This document shows, piece by piece, positions 1-9,466 of a stretch of 42,043 nucleotides of DNA (position 1 is the stretch's first letter; each line of letters opens with the position of its first letter). Below the pieces are notes generated by a model, which saw nothing but the letters and a program-made list of their open reading frames with translations, was not told the origin of the DNA and ran no database searches. The position numbers were made by a program, and so were the translations under genes. Where the stretch lies: NCBI GenBank assembly GCA_934133015.1, contig CAKPAQ010000001.1, positions 1-42,043 on the forward strand, read 5' to 3'. This stretch comes from an uncultured Bacilli bacterium (GTDB lineage: Bacteria > Bacillota_I > Bacilli_A > RF39 > UBA660).

Positions 1-571
1 ATACTACACAGGTTATAAATAAGTAATTTATAACACCATTTTCATTATTAGCCATAGCTTTACCAGCAGCTGTTGCTTTAACATAAGTTCTAGAAGTACC
101 AATTTGACTTCCATTATTTAAATTAAAAGTAGATAAATAAATAGGTTTATCATTCGATATATAATAACTACTATCTAATATTTGTCTATAATATTCAACA
201 TCAGTACTAGGTATAAAACTACTAAAATCAGAAAAATTGTTACTTAATAGTTCTAAATCCATTAAACCATAATCTAAATTATAATTTGGATATAAGTAAA
301 TACACATTTCTAGATCAGCTAACCAAATAGTATTGAGTCTTTTCCAAGCTTCTAAATTTGTAAAACCTGTACTATCAGATAAATCTTGTGAAAAAATAGG
401 CTGTTTTGTTTCTATGTCTATCAAAATATTATGTGGATTAAGAGTAATAATTGTCTTACCTTGATCATGTAAAGCTTTTAAGTTCTGATCCAATGAAATA
501 ACTAATCCTCTTTTGTCATCAATAGATTTAAGAGATGGTAAATATTCTAACAATGCCATTTTATCATCCAT
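1..571 (-). CDS. Uncharacterised protein, N-terminal ~190 aa only (runs off the window at position 1). Soluble domain with a degenerate kinase-catalytic-loop-like stretch, then a hydrophobic segment.
   Basis: My own translation of the minus strand from ATG 571..569 (GGTGA SD at 576-580) gives MDDKMALLEYLPSLKSIDDKRGLVISLDQNLKALHDQGKTIITLNPHNILIDIETKQP...NGVINYLFITCVV. The frame stays open to position 1. It is absent from the ORF track because it has no in-window stop. Confidence 0.6.
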   Translation of the reverse strand, partial: MDDKMALLEYLPSLKSIDDKRGLVISLDQNLKALHDQGKTIITLNPHNILIDIETKQPIFSQDLSDSTGFTNLEAWKRLNTIWLADLEMCIYLYPNYNLDYGLMDLELLSNNFSDFSSFIPSTDVEYYRQILDSSYYISNDKPIYLSTFNLNNGSQIGTSRTYVKATAAGKAMANNENGVINYLFITCVV

Positions 572-603
572 AGTATCACCTATTTTGATTATATCATCTA
601 TAT

Positions 604-1221
604 CTAATTTTGGAAAGATTCTAAATATTTTTTTAATTTTTTACGTATTCGATACATAGTATTACTAGTTTGCTTCAACTCCATATCTAATAATATTGAA
701 ATTTCTTTGTTACTAAAACCATTACACAATAATTCAAAAATTTGACTATTCTTAAATGATAATTGAAATTTAAATTGTCTAAGTCTTTCTAAAACTTCAC
801 CATATACTAATTGATTTTCTATACTATCATCCTTGGCAACAATTTTATCTAATAATGTATCATCATTATCACTAGAAACTGGGCTATTTAAAGATAATGA
901 AGTAATACTAGGTAAATTCTTATGAGTAAATATTTTTCTAGCAAAATTGGCTAACTTACTTCTCACTGTAATATTCATAAAAGTATAAAATAAAGTCCCC
1001 TCTTTATTATCAAATAACTCAACTGCAGTAAAAAAAGCTAACATTGCTTCTTGATAAATATCATCATAATTAACACCATACTTTTTTAAATTAATGTAGC
1101 TGTTATAAACTATTTGTTTTATCATCGGAATATATTTCTCATAAAGCAAATAATTAGCATCTTCATTTTGTTCTTCAACTAAGTAAAGAAGTTCATAATC
1201 ATTTAAATCTTGATAGTTCAT
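604..1221 (-). CDS. sigH: Sigma-70 family alternative sigma factor, SigH-like
   Basis: 205-aa ORF. Region 2 and a C-terminal region 4 HTH (SNKEISILLDMELKQTSNTMYRIRKKLKKYL) align by eye to B. subtilis SigH. It sits just downstream of cysS-mrnC-rlmB, as sigH does in Bacillus. Confidence 0.7.
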   Translation of the reverse strand: MNYQDLNDYELLYLVEEQNEDANYLLYEKYIPMIKQIVYNSYINLKKYGVNYDDIYQEAMLAFFTAVELFDNKEGTLFYTFMNITVRSKLANFARKIFTHKNLPSITSLSLNSPVSSDNDDTLLDKIVAKDDSIENQLVYGEVLERLRQFKFQLSFKNSQIFELLCNGFSNKEISILLDMELKQTSNTMYRIRKKLKKYLESFQN

Positions 1222-1222
1222 A

Positions 1223-1921
1223 TCATCCCTTCTTTTGTCTAACCACCTCGTATATCATAATACCTGCCGCAACTGAAGCATTTAGACTATTTACTTTACC
1301 ATACATAGGGATTTTAGCTATAAAATCACATGATTCTTTAACAAGTCTTGACATTCCACTACCTTCATTACCAATAATTAAAGCAATTTTACCTGAATAA
1401 TCAATTTCACGATAGTCCTCGCCTTCCATATCAGTACCAACAATCCAAAAACCATTCTTTTTTAATTCATCAAGCGTAGTTTTCAAATTAGTAACCATAG
1501 CTATTGGCACATTTTCTGTTGTCCCAACACTAGTCTTTATTACAGTACCATTAACATCCACACCACGATTTTTTGGAATAACTATACCATCAACCAAAGC
1601 GGCTTCACTTGTTCTAATTATAGCCCCAAAATTATGTGGATCTTCTAAATGATCAAGAATTACTAAAAAGCAATCATCTTTATTATAAAATGATTCAATT
1701 TCTGAATATCTAAAATCCTCTACATCTAAAATTATACCTTGATGAACACCATTTGCAAGTTGGTCTAATTCAATTTTACGACGATAAATAACCGGAATTT
1801 TGAATTTTTCTATAAGAGAAATTAAATTTTCATCGTGAAAATTATCTTGTAAATATATTTTTCTTATTTTTTCACTTTTTTTCAAAAATTCTAAAGCCAC
1901 ATTTCTACCATATACTAACAT
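1223..1921 (-). CDS. rlmB: SpoU/TrmH-family 23S rRNA 2'-O-ribose methyltransferase (RlmB/YacO type)
   Basis: 232 aa with SpoU motifs (NFGAIIRTSEA, LIIGNEGSGMS, IPMYGKVNSLNASVAAGI). Position after mrnC matches Bacillus yacO. Confidence 0.8.
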   Translation of the reverse strand: MLVYGRNVALEFLKKSEKIRKIYLQDNFHDENLISLIEKFKIPVIYRRKIELDQLANGVHQGIILDVEDFRYSEIESFYNKDDCFLVILDHLEDPHNFGAIIRTSEAALVDGIVIPKNRGVDVNGTVIKTSVGTTENVPIAMVTNLKTTLDELKKNGFWIVGTDMEGEDYREIDYSGKIALIIGNEGSGMSRLVKESCDFIAKIPMYGKVNSLNASVAAGIMIYEVVRQKKG

Positions 1922-1936
1922 TTATAATCACAATCC

Positions 1937-2308
1937 TTATTTTAATATTATTTTCATTATTTCATCGATCCTACCTACATTACCTACAAAATCTAAATAA
2001 CCTATTAATGCTTCTAAACCTGTAGCATACTTATAAGTAACAACATCACAATTTTTAGGATGAGAATTATTCTTATAATTACGTGCGCGTTTAATCACAT
2101 CAATTTCTTCTTCAGTAAAAAAATTACTTTCAATAAGTTCAAGTAAATAGGCAGCTTGATTTTTGGCACTAACATATTTAATCGATTCACTTTGTAAATC
2201 ATTTACATTTCCAATACCTTTATTTATTAAGTATCTCCTAACATAATTTTCATAAATAGTATCTCCTAAATAGGCTAAGACCAAAATATTTATATTATTA
2301 ACATCCAT
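1937..2308 (-). CDS. mrnC: Mini-ribonuclease III (23S rRNA maturation)
   Basis: 123 aa. LAYLGDTIYE, SAKNQA, FFTEEE, ATGLEALIGYL align to B. subtilis YazC/MrnC. Conserved position after cysS. Confidence 0.85.
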   Translation of the reverse strand: MDVNNINILVLAYLGDTIYENYVRRYLINKGIGNVNDLQSESIKYVSAKNQAAYLLELIESNFFTEEEIDVIKRARNYKNNSHPKNCDVVTYKYATGLEALIGYLDFVGNVGRIDEIMKIILK

Positions 2309-2355
2309 AAATAAATCACCACCATCTATTAAATAAAACAGAGAAATTTCTTTCT

Positions 2356-3753
2356 CTATTTTATAATTTCATAAGTTGTTCCCTCTCTAGTATCAATTAA
2401 CTTGATATTTTTTTCTAATAATTCATCACGTATTTTATCAGCAGCAGCATAATCTTTAACTTTTTTAGCTTGATTTCTTTCTTCAATTTTAGAAAGAATA
2501 TATTCATCTAAATTGTCATCTGCTTTTTCTATATCTTGTATTAAATCAAGTGATAAAACCTTATCAAAATCATCGATTAGATATAATTTAGTAAAATCAG
2601 TTAATTCATTATCTTTAAGTACATCATAAACTAAAGTAAGCATACTAGACGTATTTAAATCATTTTCTATCGCATCACTAAATTTATTCTTATAATAATC
2701 TATCTTATCATCACATAAATTAGGAGTTCTATCAAGCTTACTAATTCTGTTTACTAATTTTAAGTAGGCATTCTCAGCTTGATCTAAAGCTTCATATGAG
2801 AAAGTTAAAACCTTACGATAATGACTAGACAAACAAAAATATCGATAACTAAGTGGAGTATAACCCTTTTCTTCTAATAAAGAAACCGTTAAAAACTCAC
2901 CCTTAGACTTACTCATCTTACCTGACTGATCATTAAGATGCTCCCCATGAACCCAATAACTACACCATTTATGACCTAAGTACGCTTCACTTTGAGCAAT
3001 TTCATTAGTATGATGAGGAAAAATATTATCAACCCCACCACAATGGATATCTAAATATTCACCTAAATATTTACAACTAATCCCACTACATTCAATATGC
3101 CAACCAGGATATCCAATTCCCCATGGAGAATCCCATTTCATAGCTTGATTTTCAAATTTACTACAAGTAAACCATAATCCAAAATCAGCTGGATTTTTTT
3201 TTGCCTTATCTTCTTCTACAGTATCACGAACCCCAACCATTAAATCATCTGGATTTTTACCTGATAACTTATAATAGTCATTGGCTTTGCTTATATCAAA
3301 ATAAATATTACCATTAGCTTGATAAGCATAGCCATCCTCTAACATTTTTTCAATCATTTTAATATACATACCTATATGATGACTAGCTGGTTCAACGATA
3401 TCTGGTTTCCTAATATTTAATTTTTTTGCATCAGTAAAAAAAGCTTCAGTATAATATTTGGCAATTTCTTCTACTGTTTTTCCTTCACGAGCAGCACCTT
3501 TAGCCATTTTGTCTTCACCAGTATCACCATCACTAGTCATATGACCAACATCAGTTATATTCATAACTCTTTTTACATCATAACCTAAATATTTTAAACC
3601 CTTCTCTAAAATATCTTCAAAGATATAAGTACGTAAATTACCTATATGGGCATAATGATAAACTGTAGGACCACAAGTATACATACGTACTATTCCATTA
3701 TCATGTGGTACAAATTCTTCAACCTGCTTACTTAAAGTATTAAATAATTTCAT
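2356..3753 (-). CDS. cysS: Cysteinyl-tRNA synthetase
   Basis: Class I aaRS signatures HIGN (YHYAHIGNLR) and KMSKS. The longest ORF starts at 3822, but ATG 3753 (MKLFNTLSKQ...) follows AGGTGA at 3758-3763 and matches the usual CysS N-terminus. Confidence 0.93.
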   Translation of the reverse strand: MKLFNTLSKQVEEFVPHDNGIVRMYTCGPTVYHYAHIGNLRTYIFEDILEKGLKYLGYDVKRVMNITDVGHMTSDGDTGEDKMAKGAAREGKTVEEIAKYYTEAFFTDAKKLNIRKPDIVEPASHHIGMYIKMIEKMLEDGYAYQANGNIYFDISKANDYYKLSGKNPDDLMVGVRDTVEEDKAKKNPADFGLWFTCSKFENQAMKWDSPWGIGYPGWHIECSGISCKYLGEYLDIHCGGVDNIFPHHTNEIAQSEAYLGHKWCSYWVHGEHLNDQSGKMSKSKGEFLTVSLLEEKGYTPLSYRYFCLSSHYRKVLTFSYEALDQAENAYLKLVNRISKLDRTPNLCDDKIDYYKNKFSDAIENDLNTSSMLTLVYDVLKDNELTDFTKLYLIDDFDKVLSLDLIQDIEKADDNLDEYILSKIEERNQAKKVKDYAAADKIRDELLEKNIKLIDTREGTTYEIIK

Positions 3754-3860
3754 AATATCACCTATTTCATTATAGTCAAAATAACTAAAAATATTATATA
3801 CCATGTATTTATTTAAAAACAAGTAAAAAGAACTCTATAAGTCCTTTATTTACATAAAAA

Positions 3861-6167
3861 CTAATTATTTAATTTAACATGAATATCTGTTTTTCCTTCT
3901 AATATATTATCAATGACATAATTATTAATCCTATCTTCAATAACTTGATCAATTTTTCTTGCCCCAAATTCCATATATCTAGTTAATTCTGTAATATCAT
4001 CTATTAAGTTATCTTTAATATGAATTTTAATATTCTTACTCTTAAATTTATTTTTTACATCAACAAGTTTATTTCTAACAATCTTGTCAATACTATCTTT
4101 ATCCAACTTTTTAAAATAAATAACCTTATTTATACGATTTAATAATTCCAAAGATAAAAACTCTTTTAACTTAGTATCATTTTTATTAGATTCCTCTATA
4201 AAACCAACAGATTCTTTATTAAAGCCAATATTACTTGTCATAATAATAATATGATGATTAAAATATATTACATTCCCTTTAGAATCAGTTATTTTCCCCT
4301 CATCTAAAATCTGTAAAAATAGATTTAAAACCGTTGGATGTGCTTTTTCTATTTCATCTAATAGTATTATTGAATGAGGTTTATTCTTAATTTCTTCTAA
4401 TTTATTTTTACAATCATCATACCCAACATAACCAGGGGAAGAGCCCATTATTTTATTAATTGAAGTAACATCTCTATATTCACTCATATCTAATCTTATA
4501 AAATTATCTTTTCCAAACATAAAATCACTATAGACTTTTGCTAATAAAGTTTTCCCCACTCCAGTTGGCCCAACAAATAAAAATGAAGCAGGTTTATCAT
4601 CGTCTTTATACCCAAGTTTTAAACGCTTAGTAAAATTAACTAATTCACCTATTGCCACATCTTGACCAATTATTTTTTTATGTAAATTAGTCTCTAAATT
4701 GTTTATAAAACTACTCTTACATGAATCTATTTCATAAACTGGAACTCTACTTTTCAAACTTATTACTTGAGCAACATCTTCAATTTTAACATTTTTATAA
4801 TCTTTATTTTTTAATTTTTTAAGTTCTATTGAATTTATTTCACTATTAATTTCTTTTTCTTTTAGTCTAAGAATTGAAGCTTCTTTAAAATTCTGTTTCA
4901 TAATAAATGAATTTTTTTTATTCACAATTTCTGTTAATTTCTCTCTACATTTTTCTAAACTTTTACTATTTTTATCACTAGCTAATGAAACTTTTGCACA
5001 AACTTCATCTAAAATATCTATAGCTTTATCAGGTTGTTTTCTATCATGAATGTATTTCTCAGATAATGAAATAATACTATCTAAAACTTCTTCACTTACT
5101 TTAACACAATGATAATCTTCATAAAGTGGTAACAACTTTGTTAATATTTTTTTCAACAATTCTCTATTTGGTTCCAATATATTAACAACTTGAAATCTTC
5201 TATCGATTGCTTTATCTTTTTCAATTGTTTGTTTATATTCATCAGTAGTAGTTGCGCCAATTAATTTAATTTTTCCACGGGCAAGTGCAGGTTTAAAAAT
5301 ATTAGCAGCATCTATTGCTCCTTCGGCACCACCAGCACCAACTAAAGTATGAATTTCATCTATAAATAAAATAATAGTATCATCATTTTCAATTTCTTTT
5401 AACATTTTAGTTATTCTCTCTTCAAATTCACCACGATACTTAGTACCAGCAACTAAAGCCGCTATTGAAACAGAGATTATTCTTTTATTTCTAATTTTTT
5501 CTGGAACTTTATTATTAACAATTAACCTAGCCAATTCTTCAACAATAGCAGTTTTACCAACCCCAGCATCACCTATTAAAAGTGGATTATTTTTATTTCT
5601 CCTAGATAATATTTCCATAATTCGGTGTAGTTCATTATCTCTGCCTATTACTGGATCAACTTGATTTAACATTGCCTTTTCTGTTAAGTCTACACCATAT
5701 TCTTCTACTAATAACTTCTTTTTGTTACTCTTATGTTTTTTATTAACAATTTTTGTGGAAAAAAAGTCTTGCAAATCATCAATATTAACATCCATTTTAT
5801 TTAAAATTCTAATCGCAATACCTTCACTCTCTTCTAAAATTGAAAATATTAATTGTTCACTTGTAACTTCACCATTACTAGACTCTTTACTTATCAATAT
5901 AGCTGTTTCTAATATTCTTTTTAAAAGAGGAGTATATAAAAACCAATTATTTTCTTCAGTACCAACTCCAATTACTTCTATTAATTTATTTCTAAAAGAG
6001 CTATAAGTAACACCTGACTCTTCTAATTTTTTACTTATATCATTACTTGTCTTTAGCAAAGCCAACATTAAATGTTCGCTACCAACATAGGGATGTTTCA
6101 ACTTCTGCATCTCTTTTTTTGCATTCATCAATACTTTCTGTGCTTCTTCATTAAATCTTGAAAACAT
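3861..6167 (-). CDS. clpC: ATP-dependent Clp protease ATP-binding subunit ClpC (class III stress AAA+ chaperone)
   Basis: 768 aa. Clp N-domain repeats (MFSRFNEEAQKVL..., SEHLMLALL) and two AAA+ modules with Walker A GDAGVGKT and GPTGVGKT. Confidence 0.88.
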   Translation of the reverse strand: MFSRFNEEAQKVLMNAKKEMQKLKHPYVGSEHLMLALLKTSNDISKKLEESGVTYSSFRNKLIEVIGVGTEENNWFLYTPLLKRILETAILISKESSNGEVTSEQLIFSILEESEGIAIRILNKMDVNIDDLQDFFSTKIVNKKHKSNKKKLLVEEYGVDLTEKAMLNQVDPVIGRDNELHRIMEILSRRNKNNPLLIGDAGVGKTAIVEELARLIVNNKVPEKIRNKRIISVSIAALVAGTKYRGEFEERITKMLKEIENDDTIILFIDEIHTLVGAGGAEGAIDAANIFKPALARGKIKLIGATTTDEYKQTIEKDKAIDRRFQVVNILEPNRELLKKILTKLLPLYEDYHCVKVSEEVLDSIISLSEKYIHDRKQPDKAIDILDEVCAKVSLASDKNSKSLEKCREKLTEIVNKKNSFIMKQNFKEASILRLKEKEINSEINSIELKKLKNKDYKNVKIEDVAQVISLKSRVPVYEIDSCKSSFINNLETNLHKKIIGQDVAIGELVNFTKRLKLGYKDDDKPASFLFVGPTGVGKTLLAKVYSDFMFGKDNFIRLDMSEYRDVTSINKIMGSSPGYVGYDDCKNKLEEIKNKPHSIILLDEIEKAHPTVLNLFLQILDEGKITDSKGNVIYFNHHIIIMTSNIGFNKESVGFIEESNKNDTKLKEFLSLELLNRINKVIYFKKLDKDSIDKIVRNKLVDVKNKFKSKNIKIHIKDNLIDDITELTRYMEFGARKIDQVIEDRINNYVIDNILEGKTDIHVKLNN

Positions 6168-6224
6168 AAAAATCCCTCCTATAACATCCTATGAATATTA
6201 TGTTACAGTTAGAATATTTTTAAA

Positions 6225-6251
6225 CAAAAAAAATTACCACTAATGTGGTAA
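6225..6251 (-). terminator. Intrinsic terminator after the permease gene
   Basis: On the minus strand TTACCAC-ATTA-GTGGTAA (6234-6240 / 6245-6251) is followed by a U run (plus-strand A run 6225-6233). Confidence 0.7.
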
Positions 6252-6261
6252 CCTTTCTAAA

Positions 6262-7872
6262 TTATATAGCCATAACTATTAGAAAAACTATTAAAAGTAC
6301 AACTAATACTTCAACAAATACTTTCCAAATATGTTTTAGCCATTGTGTATAAGGTACTTCTAAGTATGATAATGTTCCCATTAATATTACACTAGTAGGA
6401 GCCACTAACATCATAAGACCATAAATAGCTTGGAACATAACACCAATTAATGGATATAATGCGTTATCATTAACTAAACTCATTACATATGGAATTGTAC
6501 TTTGAGCAACATAAATTGAATCTATATTGAAAATACTAGATATCATAGCAACAATTGTCATTGTAACTATATTGAAGCCAGATGTTAATCCCATAATAGC
6601 TTTAGTTATCACTAATTGGAATGGATGATATGTACATGTAATTAATACTACATAAACAAGAAGCATGATTATTGCTGGCTTAATAGCTTTCATAACACCT
6701 TGTTCAATACCATCAACAAAATCACTACGTTTAACTTTATAAACAAGAGCTAAAATAATTGTAGAAATTAAAATTAATACTGGTACTTCTACATTTAAGC
6801 TCCATGAACCAAATTTTTGCATTGTTCCAAACAATTTTTCAAAAATTGGGAAACTTGCAATTTCAAATCCATATAGAGCCTCTTTCATATCAGCAAATAA
6901 TTCAATCTTAAATACTCCTGACCAATCAAACATAGAAAGTGCAAGAATAATAAGTGTTAAATCAAATACTAACATAAAAGGCCATACTTTAGCTTTTTTA
7001 TCCTTCTTAGTATTAACTTTAATAACTTCAGAAGTATTTTTAGCCATTAAAGCTTTTGTAGACTTTTTAGATGTAGTCTTTTTAGTTTTACTAGTTTTCT
7101 TGTCATCAGCTTTTTTCTTAGTAGAATCACTAACAACTGCTTTCTTAGTAGTTGTCTTAGAAGCTTTTTTAACCTCTGATTTAGTTTCTTTCTTAGATTC
7201 TTTTTCTTCTACTACAGTTTTTTCTTCATTAGATACTACTACTTTTGCTTCAACTACTGAATTTTTAGTCTTCTTAGCATACATAATAACATTGGCTACT
7301 AAAATAATAACAAATACCAATAATACTACTACTTTACTAACCATTTCATCCATTATATTTACACCAAGAATTTTATTCATATAACTTACTGAACTATTTC
7401 CTAAAGTTGTTCCAGCTAAACCAGCAACTACAGAACCTACAGTTACACTAGTAGCAACTAATTTGTTGTATCCCATGGCAAGTACAACTGACGCAATAAA
7501 AGGAAAAACAAAAATCATAGCAAATGATAAACCAGTAACAGAAGTAATAGCAGCTACTAAAATAATAACTAATGATAAGAAAATAAGTTCTTTTCCTTCA
7601 AAACCTTTTTTTATCTTATCGATTAGAACTTGATAAGCAGGTATTTTATTGGCAACACCATAAAACATACCAACTACCAAAGCATAGATAACTACATATC
7701 CAAAATATGTCAAAGCAACCATTGGATAAGATAGTATATCAAATATTCCAGCTTGAAGTCTTTCTCCTTCTACTAATGTTGAATTGAATGATGCACTAGG
7801 AAAAATCCATGTACATAAAGCAACCACAAGAATTGTAGCTACAACTACCTTTAAAATTCCTTTATTTTTCAT
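6262..7872 (-). CDS. Polytopic permease, YfcC-like (putative), with a long Lys/Thr/Ser-rich internal insert
   Basis: 536 aa. The N-terminus (TWIFPSASF...GIFDILSYPMVALTYFGYVVIYALVVGMFYGVANKIPAY) resembles the YfcC-family N-terminal signature as I recall it. Many TM helices. Residues ~205-295 are low-complexity K/T/S/E. Confidence 0.45.
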   Translation of the reverse strand: MKNKGILKVVVATILVVALCTWIFPSASFNSTLVEGERLQAGIFDILSYPMVALTYFGYVVIYALVVGMFYGVANKIPAYQVLIDKIKKGFEGKELIFLSLVIILVAAITSVTGLSFAMIFVFPFIASVVLAMGYNKLVATSVTVGSVVAGLAGTTLGNSSVSYMNKILGVNIMDEMVSKVVVLLVFVIILVANVIMYAKKTKNSVVEAKVVVSNEEKTVVEEKESKKETKSEVKKASKTTTKKAVVSDSTKKKADDKKTSKTKKTTSKKSTKALMAKNTSEVIKVNTKKDKKAKVWPFMLVFDLTLIILALSMFDWSGVFKIELFADMKEALYGFEIASFPIFEKLFGTMQKFGSWSLNVEVPVLILISTIILALVYKVKRSDFVDGIEQGVMKAIKPAIIMLLVYVVLITCTYHPFQLVITKAIMGLTSGFNIVTMTIVAMISSIFNIDSIYVAQSTIPYVMSLVNDNALYPLIGVMFQAIYGLMMLVAPTSVILMGTLSYLEVPYTQWLKHIWKVFVEVLVVLLIVFLIVMAI

Positions 7873-7953
7873 ATTAACCCTCCCATAATAATTATACAGT
7901 ATTTACAATAAAAAACAATTACTTTTATGTGAAATTTTGATGAAAACCATAAT

Positions 7954-7976
7954 AAAAAGCTAGATTTAACTAGCTT
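7954..7976 (-). terminator. Intrinsic terminator after lysS
   Basis: AAGCTAG (7957-7963) pairs with CTAGCTT (7970-7976), overlapping the lysS stop. A U-rich run follows on the minus strand. Confidence 0.6.
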
Positions 7977-9462
7977 AATTCTGATTTTCTAAATGATCTA
8001 CTGGTTTCATAATTGGAAATAATACTACATCTCTAACAGATGGAACATTATATATTAACATCATTAATCGATCAATACCAAATCCTAAACCAGATATAGG
8101 TGGCATACCTTGTTCCATTGCAAGCATAAAGTCTTCATCTAAATCCATAGTTTCATCATCACCTTGAGCTTTAGCTTTTAATTGATCTTCAAAAGCAGCT
8201 CTTTGTTCAAAAGGATTAACAAGTTCAGAATATGCCTTACAAAGTTCAGTACCTGCAGCAACAACTTGGAACACATCAATTCTTCTCTTATCATCATCAT
8301 TTCTTCTAGCAAGTGGAATTAAAACAGCAGGATAATTATAAATAATTGTAGGTTGAATAATATTTTCTCTTATTTTCTTCTTATAAACAAAATCGATTAT
8401 TTGACTCAATGACTTATAGTCTTCTAAATCACTATAACTAAATAGACCAACTTCTACAATTTTATTTTTTAATTCTTCGGGCTCATCAATACTTAAAAAG
8501 TCAAATCCAAATATTTTTTCCATTTCTTCACAATAATTTATACGATTCCAATTTTCCTTACCGAAATCTAAAATATTATCTTTATACTCAATTTCAGTCT
8601 TACCAGTAAGTTCTATTAATAATTCTTTTATAAATCCAGTATAAAATTTAATATTATCTTCAAAATTCCAATATGAAGCATACCATTCAACCTGTGTGAA
8701 TTCTTGTAAATGTTCAGAATCCATTCCTTCATTTCTAAAACATTTAGCTACTTCGTAAACTCTATCAAATCCAGCAGCAATACATTGCTTTAAGAAAGTT
8801 TCTGGCGCTATTCTTAAATTACAATCTAAATCTAAGGCATTATGATGTGTATAAAAAGGTTTAGCACTCGCACCACAAACAGCAGTTTGAATAATAGGTG
8901 TTTCTACTTGTAAAAAGCCATGTTCCCCTAAATATCTATGTAAGAAATAATAAAACTTACTTCTCCCTAAGAAAACACTTCTAGATTCCTCATTAGTTAT
9001 CAAATCAACATATCTTTGACGATATTTAATTTCTGTATCAACTAAACCATGGAATTTATCTGGCAATGGTCTCAAAGCTTTACCTAAAAATTCAAATGAA
9101 TGAACGCGTAAAGTCTTTTCACCTGTTTGTGTTGTAAATATTTCTCCTTTAGCACCAATAAAATCACCAGAATCTATTAATTTTTTAAAGAAATCATATT
9201 TTTCTTCACCAATTATATCAACCTTAAATTCTAACTGCATAGAACCTTCCAAGTCTCTAATACGTATGAAGCTTAATTTACCCATTTTTCTCATAAAAGT
9301 AACTCTACCAGCTATACTAACATCAGTAGTACCATCTTCTAATTTACCAACTTCTTTAAGCGTATGAGTTCTTTCATATCTATCTGGATATGGATTACAT
9401 ACTTCCTTTATTGCTTCTACTTTTTCTCTTCTTACTAATTCTTGTTCTGAAAATTCTCTCAT
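7975..9462 (-). CDS. lysS: Lysyl-tRNA synthetase, class II
   Basis: OB-fold N-domain plus class II catalytic core (FRNEG, GLGFGIDRL). ATG 9462 (MREFSEQELVRREK) follows GGGGAG, whereas the longest-ORF start 9480 overlaps the upstream gene. Confidence 0.93.
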   Translation of the reverse strand: MREFSEQELVRREKVEAIKEVCNPYPDRYERTHTLKEVGKLEDGTTDVSIAGRVTFMRKMGKLSFIRIRDLEGSMQLEFKVDIIGEEKYDFFKKLIDSGDFIGAKGEIFTTQTGEKTLRVHSFEFLGKALRPLPDKFHGLVDTEIKYRQRYVDLITNEESRSVFLGRSKFYYFLHRYLGEHGFLQVETPIIQTAVCGASAKPFYTHHNALDLDCNLRIAPETFLKQCIAAGFDRVYEVAKCFRNEGMDSEHLQEFTQVEWYASYWNFEDNIKFYTGFIKELLIELTGKTEIEYKDNILDFGKENWNRINYCEEMEKIFGFDFLSIDEPEELKNKIVEVGLFSYSDLEDYKSLSQIIDFVYKKKIRENIIQPTIIYNYPAVLIPLARRNDDDKRRIDVFQVVAAGTELCKAYSELVNPFEQRAAFEDQLKAKAQGDDETMDLDEDFMLAMEQGMPPISGLGFGIDRLMMLIYNVPSVRDVVLFPIMKPVDHLENQN

Positions 9463-9466
9463 AATA

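Noticed and set aside
3823-3860. T-box leaders upstream of cysS and lysS
   Set aside because: The cysS upstream gap is only ~38 nt to the longest-ORF start 3822 (~107 nt if the true start is 3753). lysS is packed directly against the RDD gene. No GGUGGNACCGCG core occurs there. Only the dut-metG leader has it.
5722-6006. Plus-strand ORFs in the track (5722..6006, 7100..7384, 10629..10814, 14048..14242, 14798..15166, 19411..19596, 22847..23077, 23254..23457, 23583..23774, 25198..25401, 25674..25922, 31326..31652, 33614..33961, 34589..34783, 38060..38248, 40036..40236)
   Set aside because: Each lies entirely antisense to a well-supported conserved minus-strand gene. All have low-complexity Leu/Ile/Phe/Ser-rich translations typical of antisense frames in A/T-rich DNA. 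I saw no convincing SD signals or recognisable motifs.
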